A DNA stretch of 64,000 nt from Amoebidium appalachense. Its lineage: Eukaryota; Protista; Ichthyosporea. The stretch covers positions 206,448 through 270,447 of the forward strand of contig CAVNZM010000004.1 of NCBI GenBank assembly GCA_963693365.1, written 5' to 3'. The translations under genes were made by a program, and so were the position numbers. Under the pieces are notes generated by a model. That model saw only the letters and a program-made list of their open reading frames with translations. It was not told the DNA's origin and did not search any database. Position 1 is the first letter of the stretch. Each line of letters opens with the position of its first letter. Positions 43,488-54,192 of the stretch are shown piece by piece.

Positions 43488-43533
<46 letters not shown>

Positions 43534-43606
43534 GGGGGGAGCCAGAGGGGGGGGGGGGGGGGGGGGGGTTAGCCGAGTGCATACATGCGTGCAGGTGCCT
43601 TTCCGT

Positions 43607-43651
<45 letters not shown>

Positions 43652-43716
43652 AGGGGGGAGCCAGAGGGGGGGGGGGGGTTAGCCGAGTGCATACATGCGT
43701 GCAGGTGCCTTTCCGT

Positions 43717-43761
<45 letters not shown>

Positions 43762-43827
43762 GGGGGGAGCCAGAGGGGGGGGGGGGGGGTTAGCCGAGTG
43801 CATACATGCGTGCAGGTGCCTTTCCGT

Positions 43828-43869
<42 letters not shown>

Positions 43870-43895
43870 ATGCATGCGTGCAGGTGCCTTTCCGT

Positions 43896-43942
<47 letters not shown>

Positions 43943-44010
43943 GAGGGGAGCCAGAGGGGGGGGGGGGGGGGGTTAGCCGAGTGCATACATGCGTGCAGGT
44001 GCCTTTCCGT

Positions 44011-44059
<49 letters not shown>

Positions 44060-44125
44060 GGGGGGAGCCAGAGGGGGGGGGGGGGGGTTAGCCGAGTGCA
44101 TACATGCGTGCAGGTGCCTTTCCGT

Positions 44126-44174
<49 letters not shown>

Positions 44175-44237
44175 GGGGGAGCCAGAGGGGGGGGGGGGGT
44201 TAGCCGAGTGCATACATGCGTGCAGGTGCCTTTCCGT

Positions 44238-44283
<46 letters not shown>

Positions 44284-44643
44284 ATGCATGCGTGCAGGTG
44301 CCTTTCCGTGGTGTGTGTGTGTGTGTGTGTGTGTGTGTCATGCATGCGTGCAGGTGCCTTTCCGTGGTGTGTGTGTGTGTGTGTGTGTGTGTCATGCATG
44401 CGTGCAGGTGCCTTCCTGTGGTGTGTGTGTGTGTGTGTGTGTGTGTCATGCATGCGTGTAGGTGCCTTCCTGTGGTGTGTGTGTGTGTGTGTGTGTGTGG
44501 GGGGGAGGGGGGGGGGGGGGGATGGGGGGTGGGATAGGCCTAGGTGCATGCATGCGTGCAGGTGCCTTCCCGTGGTGTGTGTGTGTGGGGGGGGGGGGGG
44601 GAATAAGCCGAGGTGCATGAATGCGTGCAGGTGCCTTCCCGTG

Positions 44644-44674
<31 letters not shown>

Positions 44675-45720
44675 GGGATAAGCCGAGGTGCATGCATGCG
44701 TGCAGGTGTGTGATGGCTTCAATGTGTGGGTGATGGTGGTGTAGGTGGTTGGGTAATTGGGTGGTTGGTTGTGTGTGTGGGGGGGGGGGGTTACCTGGCT
44801 GGAAATCCCACTCTCCCCCTTCTCCCTCTCCTCTCCACTCTCCCCCCCCCCCCCCCTTCTCCCTCTCCAACCCCCTCTTCCCCTTCTCCCTCTCCTCTCC
44901 ACTCTCCCCCTTCTCCCTCTCCTCTCCACTCTCCCCCTTCTCCCTCTCCAACCCCCTCTTCCCCTTCTCCCTCTCCTCTCCACTCTCCCCCTTCTCCCTC
45001 TCCAACCCCCTCTTCCCCTTCTCCCTCTCCTCTCCACTCTCCCCCTTCTCCCTCTCCAACCCCCTCTTCCCCCTCTCCTTCATCATCACTCTTGTGGACC
45101 TCCACTTTTGCCCGCTTTTTCGGGTGGTTAATTGTCGGGGCCGGCAGTTTGACAGCAGGTCTGTCTGGAGGGCTGCGTGCAGCCCCATCCCACCACACTT
45201 CCCATCCGAGCCTTTTGAATATCCAAAAAATTTGTTTCTCCCCCGGCAAAGAACCCGATACTTCAGGTATGTGACTTAAGTCGTCGCTGCCACTGAAAGT
45301 GGAAAGTCGACTGAGCATCGCCGCCAAACCATCCGAGTTTCCATGATAGCTGCCAAGATCGTAAACTCTCCATTGAGGGCCACCCCATTTCAGAATCCAA
45401 GCAATAGTCGTATTGATACCCTTGTTGTTTTCGAGTTGTTGCAACTGATATTTGTTCCTGTGATACAGACGCCCGTCGTTGAGTTCAAACAAGAAGACCG
45501 AAACATGATCTGAATCGTTGGGTTTCACAGCGTGTAATATTGGTGCCGTCTTCTTTCTTTGATAACGATTAAAACCCTGTCGTGTGAATAGCTCTTCACC
45601 CGTAAAAATGATTGTAGGATCAGTATGTTTCGAGAATATGAATGTTGGTGGGTTTGCTTGTATGCTACTCTGGAACGCATCATTGATGAGCGCCAGAAAC
45701 TGTTCGTTGGTAGCAGCCAT
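39997..45720 (-). CDS. KDM4-like JmjN/JmjC histone demethylase, spliced; exons 45720-44795, 42348-42014, 41952-41830, 41009-40903, 40708-40504, 40233-39997; 3' exon(s) unresolved
   Basis: GT-AG introns, several with CTAAC branch sites, join in frame: GAVKFVPP (JmjN), [46 protein letters not shown]. Exon 1 needs one indel in the C-run near 44850. Confidence 0.88.
41080..41815. repeat. Intronic 42-bp minisatellite
   Basis: CATGCACAACATACACTCTC(T/C)GCACAAACACACGCACGCACG in tandem. Confidence 0.95.
42350..44715. repeat. Intronic satellite of CATGCGTGCAGGTGCCTT(T/C)CCGTG plus variable (GT)n and poly-G
   Basis: About 30 units filling JmjC intron 1. Confidence 0.95.
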
Positions 45721-45812
45721 GTTGTTTGTGTGTATTTTGTGTGTGATTGTGAGCTTTTTCTCGTCTGCGAGCGCGCTTGCTATGTGCTTGTGCCACTGCT
45801 GCGCTCGCGCTC

Positions 45813-45882
<70 letters not shown>

Positions 45883-46769
45883 CTGCCTGTGTGCTTGTGC
45901 CACTGCTGCGCTCGCGTCTAGTCTACAATGTGTGTGTTTAAAATGTGTCGGGAAAAACGTGAAGGAAATTCTACGTGTCTGTATTCAAAGAAGAAAAGGC
46001 AGCTAAAAGCGCGACGTGCACAGACTAACAGGTCTGTGTTCTCGTTCTTTGTTTTGACTCTGGCCTGCTTGCAACGTAAACAGTTTCAGCGCCGGGGTGC
46101 AAGTGACACGAACTGAAGTGGCGCGCTTCAATCATGTCATTGAAATGATAGCTGACCAATCAATAGTTTGTCCTGTTTGCCCAATTGCAAAATGGAATGT
46201 GTATTGGGCAATACTCGGCGCGCGTACGTGATAACTGGCCAATCAGTAAGATCGTTTCACCGACCCGGCTGCCCCTCTGCGTAGCCAAATTTGTGGCTAA
46301 TTAAGTGTTATAACTTAGCAATAAAAATAATATACCCAAAATGATTAATTTATATTTATTATGCAAATATTTGCTTAGAAATTTGTGTGGAAAGCGTTTT
46401 CTGAAACCAGTCTACGAAAAGCCTTTAGGATTTGCAACATCGTATCAAATTGGCTAATCAGATCATGCCATGGCCGACACGCGTTTGCCCTTAGTACCAG
46501 TGCCCGATAGCCCCTATCCAACAATCACTGAATGATTCGCGTGCATTTGGGAATATTCGCGCCCGTGATAACTGGCTTATCAACTCAGCTGCTAATTATA
46601 GTATTACCGCCCTTGCTCCCCAGGACCCTTCCGCGAAGCAATATATATCGCTAATATGTACCAATAAATACCAAAAGCACCAAAATAAATTGATTATACA
46701 CTTTCTTAATACAAAAATTATGTGTGGAAAGCGTTTTGTGAATCCGGCATCTGAAGAGCCGATGGGGCA

Positions 46770-47090
46770 CTTGGCCAATCAGATTATGACATGCGCTGCC
46801 TGGAGTGCCAGTGCCCTATCACGTGGATCCAACTGTTATACACCAATCAGAGCACGGAGAAGTCCGCGAATGAGATGGCCAATCAGATTATGAAATTCGC
46901 TGCCTGGAGTGCCAGTGCCCTATCACTGACGTGGATCCAACTGTTATACACCAATCAGAGCACAAAGAAGTCCGCGAATGAGATGACCATTGGACAATCA
47001 GATTATGAAATTCGCTGCCTGGAGTGCCAGTGCCCGATCACTGACGTGGATCCAACAATCAGAGCACAAAGAAGTCCGCGAATGAGATGC
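46770..47090. repeat. ~105-115-bp tandem repeat, 3 copies, CCAAT-rich
   Basis: CAATCAGATTATGA...CGCTGCCTGGAGTGCCAGTGCCC...AAGTCCGCGAATGAGATG. Confidence 0.9.
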
Positions 47091-47100
47091 TATTGGATAT

Positions 47101-47163
<63 letters not shown>

Positions 47164-47194
47164 GTGTGTGCGTGTGTGTGTGCGTGTGTGTGTG

Positions 47195-47430
47195 AGCTGT
47201 GTGTGCAAAAAGAGGGGAAATAAGCGCTGCATACAAAAGCCCCGAAGTGGAGTATACGACAAACCCAGCGCCAAAGCTTCATACCCAAAGTGGATACAAT
47301 AAAAAGACAGTTGCTGTGTGTGCAAAGCTGTGTGTGCAAAAAGAGGGGAAATAAGCGCTGCATACAAAAGCCCCGAAGTGGAGTATACGACAAACCCAGC
47401 GCCAGCGCTTCATACCCAAAGTGGATACAA
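47195..47430. repeat. ~130-bp tandem duplication
   Basis: GCTGTGTGTGCAAAAAGAGGGGAAATAAGCGCTGCATACAAAAGCCCC... x2. Confidence 0.9.
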
Positions 47431-47834
47431 TATTTTACATCTCATGCACTACAAGGCTTGGCAAAGCCTGGTCCTCGGTCCTCAGTCCTCAATGGATCCC
47501 CTTATAAGAACATTTTGCTTCTAAAAATCATCGGTGATGGCCTTTTTGATCAGTTCACAGCCGCGTTTGCACATGAATGAATTTTGCTTTATTTTGGCTT
47601 TGTGTAAGGGGTTTTTTTCAGTTCACGGTGTGTTTGCACGCGATAGAATTTTCGTTTGCTTTGCTTTTTGTAAATAATTCAGTGACGACTTTTTTTGTTC
47701 GTATCTCTATTTCAGTGACGACTTTTTTTTGTTCGTATCTTTTTTTTTTGGGAAGAAGTGTCTGACTCTTGACCTCCACGTTTTTCAGGGTAGTCTTTTC
47801 TATTTCACATTCCCCTCTTTTGAATTTGTGAACC

Positions 47835-49274
47835 ATGGATAGCGCCTCGCAAATGGTCGGGCAAAGCACAAACCCCGCCGACCCCACCGACCCCAAAAAG
47901 GGCACCCCCACCGACCCCGCCGACCCCACCGACAAAAAGGGCACCCCCGCCGACCCCACCGACCCCACCGACAAAAAGGGCACCCCCGCCGACCCCGCCG
48001 ACCCCACCGACAAAAAGGGCACCCCCGCCGACCCCGCCGACCCCACCGACAAAAAGGGCACCCCCCGCCGACCCCGCCGACCCCACCGACAAAAAGGGCA
48101 CCCCCGCCGACCCCGCCGACCCCACCGACAAAAAGGGCACCCCCCCCGCCGACCCCGCCGACCCCACCGACAAAAAGGGCACCCCCGCCGACCCCGCCGA
48201 CCCCACCGACAAAAAGGGCACCCCCGCCGACCCCACCGACAAGGACGTTTCTTCGGCTCCCATCGACCATAGACTTATGGAAGCACTACAGGCAGAAATG
48301 ACATTGCAACTTAGTCAGGCTTTAGCCTCACTTGGCGTGACATCTGTGCCTGCTACACCCACCACCGCCGCCACCACCACCTTACTCGAATACAAAGAGA
48401 AATATGAAAATGCGGAGAAAGCGTTGCAAACGGTGAAAGATGAAAACAAACGGTTGACAGAAACGATTAGAGAGGTCAAAGAAGCAGCAGTCAAAGATAA
48501 ATATACTGCTTCTGCAACGAACAACCTGTTGGCTGAGAGGGTTCAGGAACTCGAAGCTCGGCTCATTAGTGAGACGGCCGAAAAGTTATCCTTGCAGGAT
48601 GAGGTGGCCTGGCAGAAGGAGGAAAATGCAAAAGTCGAGTCAGAGATGGCAGACCTGCAGAAATCCTATCTAAAGACAGTCAAGGAGAGCACACAAAAAC
48701 TGCTTTTGGGCCTGAAACGCTCCCCCCATACATCCGACGTCGAGGAGATACTCCCCCCCCCCCCTCCTAGCACTACCCAATCCGGTCGTTCATCCGTTGC
48801 CCGCCCCCACCAACGTCCTATTCAGAGTGCCCCCGCTCGCATAGACCCCATGATGTCCAATCCCCACACACAAACATCCGACGTCGAGGAGATACTCCCC
48901 CCCCCCCCCCCTCTAGCGCTACCCAATCCGGTCGTTCATCCGTTGCCCGCCCCCACCAACGTCCTACTCAGAGTGCCCCCGCTCGCACAGACCCCATGAT
49001 GTCCAGTCCCCACACAAAAACCGGGCTCGGGCTGAAGAGGGGGGCGGATTCAGGTGGGAATGTGCCCAAACGGTTCCGGGGCGGAGAGAGAGAAAGGCCC
49101 AAGGAATCAATAGATAAGATTCTCGACGAAGCAGCCAGAGAGGAGGATGAGAAGAAGCGGAAAGAAAGCAGTCGTGCAGGGCAGGGCAAGAAAGAAAGAC
49201 CATCGGGCAAGAAAACGGTGCCCCTCCGCACACAGAGGCCTGTGACTTCCAGTGACGATGACCAATCGGTCTGA
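47835..49274 (+). CDS. Repeat-containing coiled-coil protein with frameshifts in C-runs
   Basis: About ten 39-bp units (DPADPTDKKGTPA) run into MEALQAEMTL (coiled coil 48277-48720), then a duplicated ~135-bp block and a basic tail. Confidence 0.6.
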
Positions 49275-49279
49275 AAGAC

Positions 49280-49334
49280 TTTGTGTTTTTTTTGTTTTGT
49301 TTTTTTTTTGTTTTGTTTTTTTTTTGGGGGGGGT

Positions 49335-49368
<34 letters not shown>

Positions 49369-49682
49369 CTTCGACTATGTTACATGGCAGAGCCTAGGAC
49401 GTGGGAGTGATGCCGTGTGAAATCTGGAAAAATATAGACTTGAAAGCATTGTTTTTTTTTTGTTTTTTTTTTTTGTTTTTTTTTTTTTTGGGGGGGGGGG
49501 GGGCTTCGACTATGTTACATGGCAGAGCCTAGGACGTGGGAGTGATGCCGTGTGAAATCTGGAAAAATATAGACTTGAAAGCATTGTTTTTTTTTTTTGG
49601 TTTTTGTTTTTGTTTTTTTTTTTGTTTTTTTTTTTTGGGGGGGGGGGGGGGGGGGCTTCGACTATGTTACATGGCAGAGCCT
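49280..49682. repeat. Three-copy tandem repeat with poly-T/poly-G
   Basis: GGCTTCGACTATGTTACATGGCAGAGCCTA x3. Confidence 0.9.
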
Positions 49683-49814
49683 ACGGTTTCTGTATAATGT
49701 ATAGGTAGAAGTTTTGGGATTTCTTTTTACAATCGGTTGGAGATGGATTTTATAAAAAGAAATCCAGTGTTATCTGAATCTGTGCTTACCCCACATGCTT
49801 GTATACACAGACGT

Positions 49815-51620
49815 GATGCACGTCTAAGTCCTTCACACACTCAAAGAGTCCCACCACCCACATGCACTAGCACTATTTCTCTCTTCCTGCTCTGTATCCC
49901 CCCTCCCCCCTTCATGCATGCACGTCTAAGTCCTTCAATCCCCATGCCATGCACACACTCAAAGAGTCCCCCACCACCCACATGCACTAGCACCATTTCT
50001 CTCTTCCTGCTCTATATCCCCCCCCCCCCCCTCCCCCCCTTCCCCCTTCATGCATGCACGTCTAAGTCCTTCAATCCCATGCCATGCACACACTCAAAGA
50101 GTCCCCCACCACCCACATGCACTAGCACCATTTCTCTCTTCCTGCTCTATATCCCCCCCCCCCACCCCCCCCCCCCCCCCCCCCCCCTCCCCTCCCCCCT
50201 TCATGCATGCACGTCTAAGTCCTTCAATCCCCATGCCATGCACACACTCAAAGAGTCCCCCACCACCCACATGCACTAGCACCATTTCTCTCTTCCTGCT
50301 CTATATCCCCCCCCCCCCCCCACCCCCCCCCCCCCTCCCCTTCCCCCTTCATGCATGCACGTCTAAGTCCTTCAATCCCCATGCCATGCACACACTCAAA
50401 GAGTCCCCCACCACCCACATGCACTAGCACCATTTCTCTCTTCCTGCTCTATATCCCCCCCCCACCCCCCTCCTCCCCTACCCCCTTCATGCATGCACGT
50501 CTAAGTCCTTCAATCCCCATGCCATGCACACATTCAAAGAGTCCCCCACCACCCACATGCACTAGCACCATTTCTCTCTTCCTGCTCTATATCCCCCCCC
50601 CCCCCCCCTCCCCTTCCCCCTTCATGCATGCACGTCTAAGTCCTTCAATCCCATGCCATGCACACACTCAAAGAGTCCCCCACCACCCACATGCACTAGC
50701 ACCATTTCTCTCTTCCTGCTCTATATCCCCCCCCCCCCCCCCCCCCCCACCCCCCTCCCCTCCCCCCTTCATGCATGCACGTCTAAGTCCTTCAATCCCC
50801 ATGCCATGCACACACTCAAAGAGTCCCCCACCACCCACATGCACTAGCACCATTTCTCTCTTCCTGCTCTATATCCCCCCCCCCCCCCCCCCCCCCTCCC
50901 CTCCCCCCTTCATGCATGCACGTCTAAGTCCTTCAATCCCCATGCCATGCATGCATTCAAAGAGTCCCCCACCACCCACATGCACTAGCACCATTTCTCT
51001 CTTCCTGCTCTATATCCCCCCCCCCCCCCCCCCCCTCCCCTCCCCCTTCATGCATGCACGTCTAAGTCCTTCAATCCCATGCCATGCACACACTCAAAGA
51101 GTCCCCCACCACCCACATGCACTAGCACCATTTCTCTCTTCCTGCTCTATATCCCCCCCCCCCCCCCCCCCCCCCCCCACCCCCCCCTCCCCTCCCCCCT
51201 TCATGCATGCACGTCTAAGTCCTTCAATCCCCATGCCATGCACACACTCAAAGAGTCCCCCACCACCCACATGCACTAGCACCATTTCTCTCTTCCTGCT
51301 CTATATCCCCCCCCCCCCCCCCCCCCCCCTCTCCCCCCCCCCCCCCCCCCCCCACCCCCCCCTCCCCTCCCCCCTTCATGCATGCACGTCTAAGTCCTTC
51401 AATCCCCATGCCATGCATGCATTCAAAGAGTCCCCCACCACCCACATGCACTAGCACCATTTCTCTCTTCCTGCTCTATATCCCCCCCCCCCCCCCCCCT
51501 CCCCTCCCCCCTTCATGCATGCACGTCTAAGTCCTTCAATCCCCATGCCATGCATGCATTCAAAGAGTCCCCCACCACCCACATGCACTAGCACCATTTC
51601 TCTCTTCCTGCTCTGTATTC
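49815..51620. repeat. ~140-bp satellite, about 13 copies
   Basis: ATGCACGTCTAAGTCCTTCAATCCC...CACATGCACTAGCACCATTTCTCTCTTCCTGCTC plus poly-C. Confidence 0.95.
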
Positions 51621-51769
51621 CCTGCATGCACTAGCAGTGTTACTCGTTCATCCCAGCCCGGGCCAATGGTATGCAAAGTAACTGTATCGGCCGTGCAGCG
51701 CTGTCGTTGTGTGTTTATTTTCGTGTTTTCGGGTCGGTGCACGTGTGGTGTGGAGTACCATGTTTATTG

Positions 51770-51992
51770 CTTTTTGTATCAGCGCTGGCGTGTACTCCAC
51801 TTTTGTATCAGCGCTGGCGGTACTCCACTTTTGTATCAGCGCTGGCGGTACTCCACTTTTGTATCAGCGCTGGCGGTACTCCACTTTTGTATCAGCGCTG
51901 GCGGTACTCCACTTTTGTATCAGCGCTGGCGTGTACTCCACTTTTGTATCAGCGCTGGCGCTGTGATTGTCGTGTACTCCACTTTTGTAGCG
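51770..51992. repeat. 28-bp minisatellite, about 7 copies
   Basis: TACTCCACTTTTGTATCAGCGCTGGCGG head to tail. Confidence 0.95.
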
Positions 51993-52008
51993 CGGTGTGT
52001 TAATTGAA

Positions 52009-52329
52009 TTAAAAGTCCGAGTGACTTGTTTGTCTCAGAGTGGTGTCGTACTCCGCAGCACCCGTCTTCTTATTGAAATAGTATATGACTGCATACACCA
52101 ATGGTGTAACCAATAAACATGTGAGGACAATAGCAGCGCTGACGTACACCAGATACATTTTGTTCACTTTCTCTCTAGCATTCGGTTCGGACTTCATTAA
52201 ATTGTACCAGTGTATATTTGCAACGACACTGCATATAGATATCACATAAAGAATGCCTGTGGTGACCGTGCTGTCGAACATGTACGTGTACCTCACAAAA
52301 CTTTCAGTATCCGACGTGTTACACCCCAA
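52009..52329 (-). CDS. Possible two-TM membrane protein; start uncertain
   Basis: Two hydrophobic helices, AT-rich and intronless; no ATG at the ORF start. Confidence 0.4.
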   Translation of the reverse strand: MGCNTSDTESFVRYTYMFDSTVTTGILYVISICSVVANIHWYNLMKSEPNAREKVNKMYLVYVSAAIVLTCLLVTPLVYAVIYYFNKKTGAAEYDTTLRQTSHSDF

Positions 52330-52585
52330 AAGTGACCTCTCTGAGATCTTGCCTGTGGTACAAACTCTTGATGCCGTGTTGCTCTTGTGTTTTACCAGTA
52401 CCCCTCTCTCCAGATGCCGAATTTAGATTGGAATTCGTGAATACACCCATGTGATTGGTCAGTGGTTTGGCACCAAGAGATTGATTGATATGCCATCAAC
52501 CAGTCAACAAAAAGTACTCGCTTTTACTTTTTGTCTCGCTTCACCCCAATCCAAGAACAGTGCACACCAAAACAAAACACTAGAA

Positions 52586-53068
52586 ATGGGAGACGCACTT
52601 TTGCGCCCCGATTCGGTTGACCCCGAACGATGCCCTGCATTTGCACCCTCAAAAAAAGCCCAGTGCAAAAACAAAAAGAAAACATGCCCACACCACAAGG
52701 ACGGCTTCAAGCCCTGGGTATGCTTTGCCCCTGCCACCGGTGTCCTCCTCTACAGCGACAACACCATCAACATCCTCCACCCCCACAAGGCCGGGGACTA
52801 TGCTCATGCAAACCTCCTGCTGGACGACCTCCTGGCCGCCTTTACAGTCGCAGAAATGCAGCGCCCTCGCACCGAGCGCACCGGGGTACCCGCGCTGACT
52901 GTGTCCACTCCGGATCCACCCATGGGTGCACCACAGCCACCGGTTGCAGCTGCAGCGGTGGGTGTGGGCAGGGAAAATGGGTACTGCCAGGGCAAAACCA
53001 AGGCTGGCAATCCCTGCAAAAACAGGGTGAAATCTACGACCCATTGCCATAAGCACAAGCCCAAATAA
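52586..53068 (+). CDS. Protein with two C-x-C-x-C-H zinc motifs (DUF5763-like), intronless
   Basis: RCPAFAPSKKAQCKNKKKTCPHH and YCQGKTKAGNPCKNRVKSTTHCHKH. Confidence 0.7.
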   Translation: MGDALLRPDSVDPERCPAFAPSKKAQCKNKKKTCPHHKDGFKPWVCFAPATGVLLYSDNTINILHPHKAGDYAHANLLLDDLLAAFTVAEMQRPRTERTGVPALTVSTPDPPMGAPQPPVAAAAVGVGRENGYCQGKTKAGNPCKNRVKSTTHCHKHKPK

Positions 53069-53791
53069 AAAAACCACCCACACACCCACACGTGCCAACA
53101 TACACTATCCTCCCCGTGAGTGGCATGCCAGTCTCCCCAGCCCCCCTGCTCCCCAGTCCCCCCTGCTCCCCTGCTCCCCTGCCCCCCTGCTCCCCTGCCA
53201 CATGCACACCCACACACTGGGTGGCCCCCCAGCCCCCCTGCCTGCCGGAACCAGGCCCCCCAGTGGTGGCATTCCAACACGTGCATGCTAGAAGATCGTG
53301 CTACATGAACAAATGGTCTTAACTCAGCCATACACACAACCATGGTTCCCCCACTCTCCCCAGCCTCCTGTGCACGTGTGCCTCCCCCCCCCTGCCCCCC
53401 TGCCCCCCCCTGCTGCCGGAACCACGGCCCCCAGTGGTGGCAGTGAGTGTCCCCCCTGCCTCCCCTGCACGTGTGCCCCCCTGCCTCCCCTGCACGTGTG
53501 CCCCCCCTGCCTCCCCTGCCTCCCGGAACCACGCCCCGGCGCAGTGGCAGCTATTTTTAGATATAGAGATTCCATGGCCACATGGCCAGATGGCCAGATC
53601 ATTTTGCTCACCGTTTTATCCCGTTTTATCCACCTTTTTCCACACACTGAATTTGACCTGGCCATCTGGCCATCTGGGTAGAGACCGTTTTCTGTTCTGA
53701 TATTGGAGAACTGTCTGATAGTGATAGCAAATGTCATTCGAAGAACAATCGGGAAACCCCGTGGTGTGACAACCAATCAGAATGAAGCAAT

Positions 53792-54192
53792 ATTGGGATA
53801 TTCGGGTTGGTTGTAAGGTTTTCCGGGTCGGGCCGAAGGCCCTAACGGGCCGCAGGCCCGCCTATTGGGCCGCCAGGCCCTAGGCCGCCAGGCCCGGGGC
53901 CCCGGGGACCGGGGGCCCGACCCGGCCCGCGAGCCACCCCCGGCCCGGCCCGGCCCGGCCCGCGGGGGCCCGGCGGCCCGGGGTTAGCAGCCGCTGCTAA
54001 CCCCGGGCCGCCGGGCCCCCACGGGCCGGGCCGGGCCGGGCCGGGGGTGGCTCGCGGGCCGGGTCGGGCCCCCGGTCCCCGGGGCCCCGGGCCTGGCGGC
54101 CTAGGGCCTGGCGGCCCAATAGGCGGGCCTGCGGCCCGTTAGGGCCTTCGGCCCGACCCGGAAAACCTTACAACCAACCCGAATATCCCAAT
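53792..54192. repeat. 401-bp near-perfect GC-rich palindrome
   Basis: 200-bp arms ATTGGGATATTCGGG...GGTTAGCAGC and GCTGCTAACC...CCCGAATATCCCAAT around a single C at 53992; one mismatch seen (53963/54021). Confidence 0.97.

Larger units (their letters stand above)
1..53800. mobile_element. Giant endogenous viral element (Nucleocytoviricota-like); left end outside window, right end inferred
   Basis: Dense, nearly intronless genes including an A22-like resolvase, A16/G9/J5-like protein, Nudix, penton-like proteins, SF3 helicase and KilA-N/Bro-N/T5orf172 genes, contiguous with microsatellite-rich DNA carrying spliced eukaryotic genes. Support is strong for 1-38.5 kb and weaker for 38.5-53.8 kb. 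Confidence 0.85.

Noticed and set aside
42350-44715. Constant repeat with variable spacer as a CRISPR-like array
   Set aside because: The spacers are only (GT)n or poly-G of varying length; the array is an intronic satellite
38528-44733. Many CVCV/HTHT ORFs
   Set aside because: Microsatellite translation artefacts; the real coding pieces are the JmjC exons
49737-51454. Repetitive MHARLSPSIP ORFs
   Set aside because: Translation of a ~140-bp satellite whose variable poly-C does not preserve frame
51770-51992. 28-bp repeats as a CRISPR array
   Set aside because: Units are head to tail with no unique spacers; no cas genes; eukaryotic context
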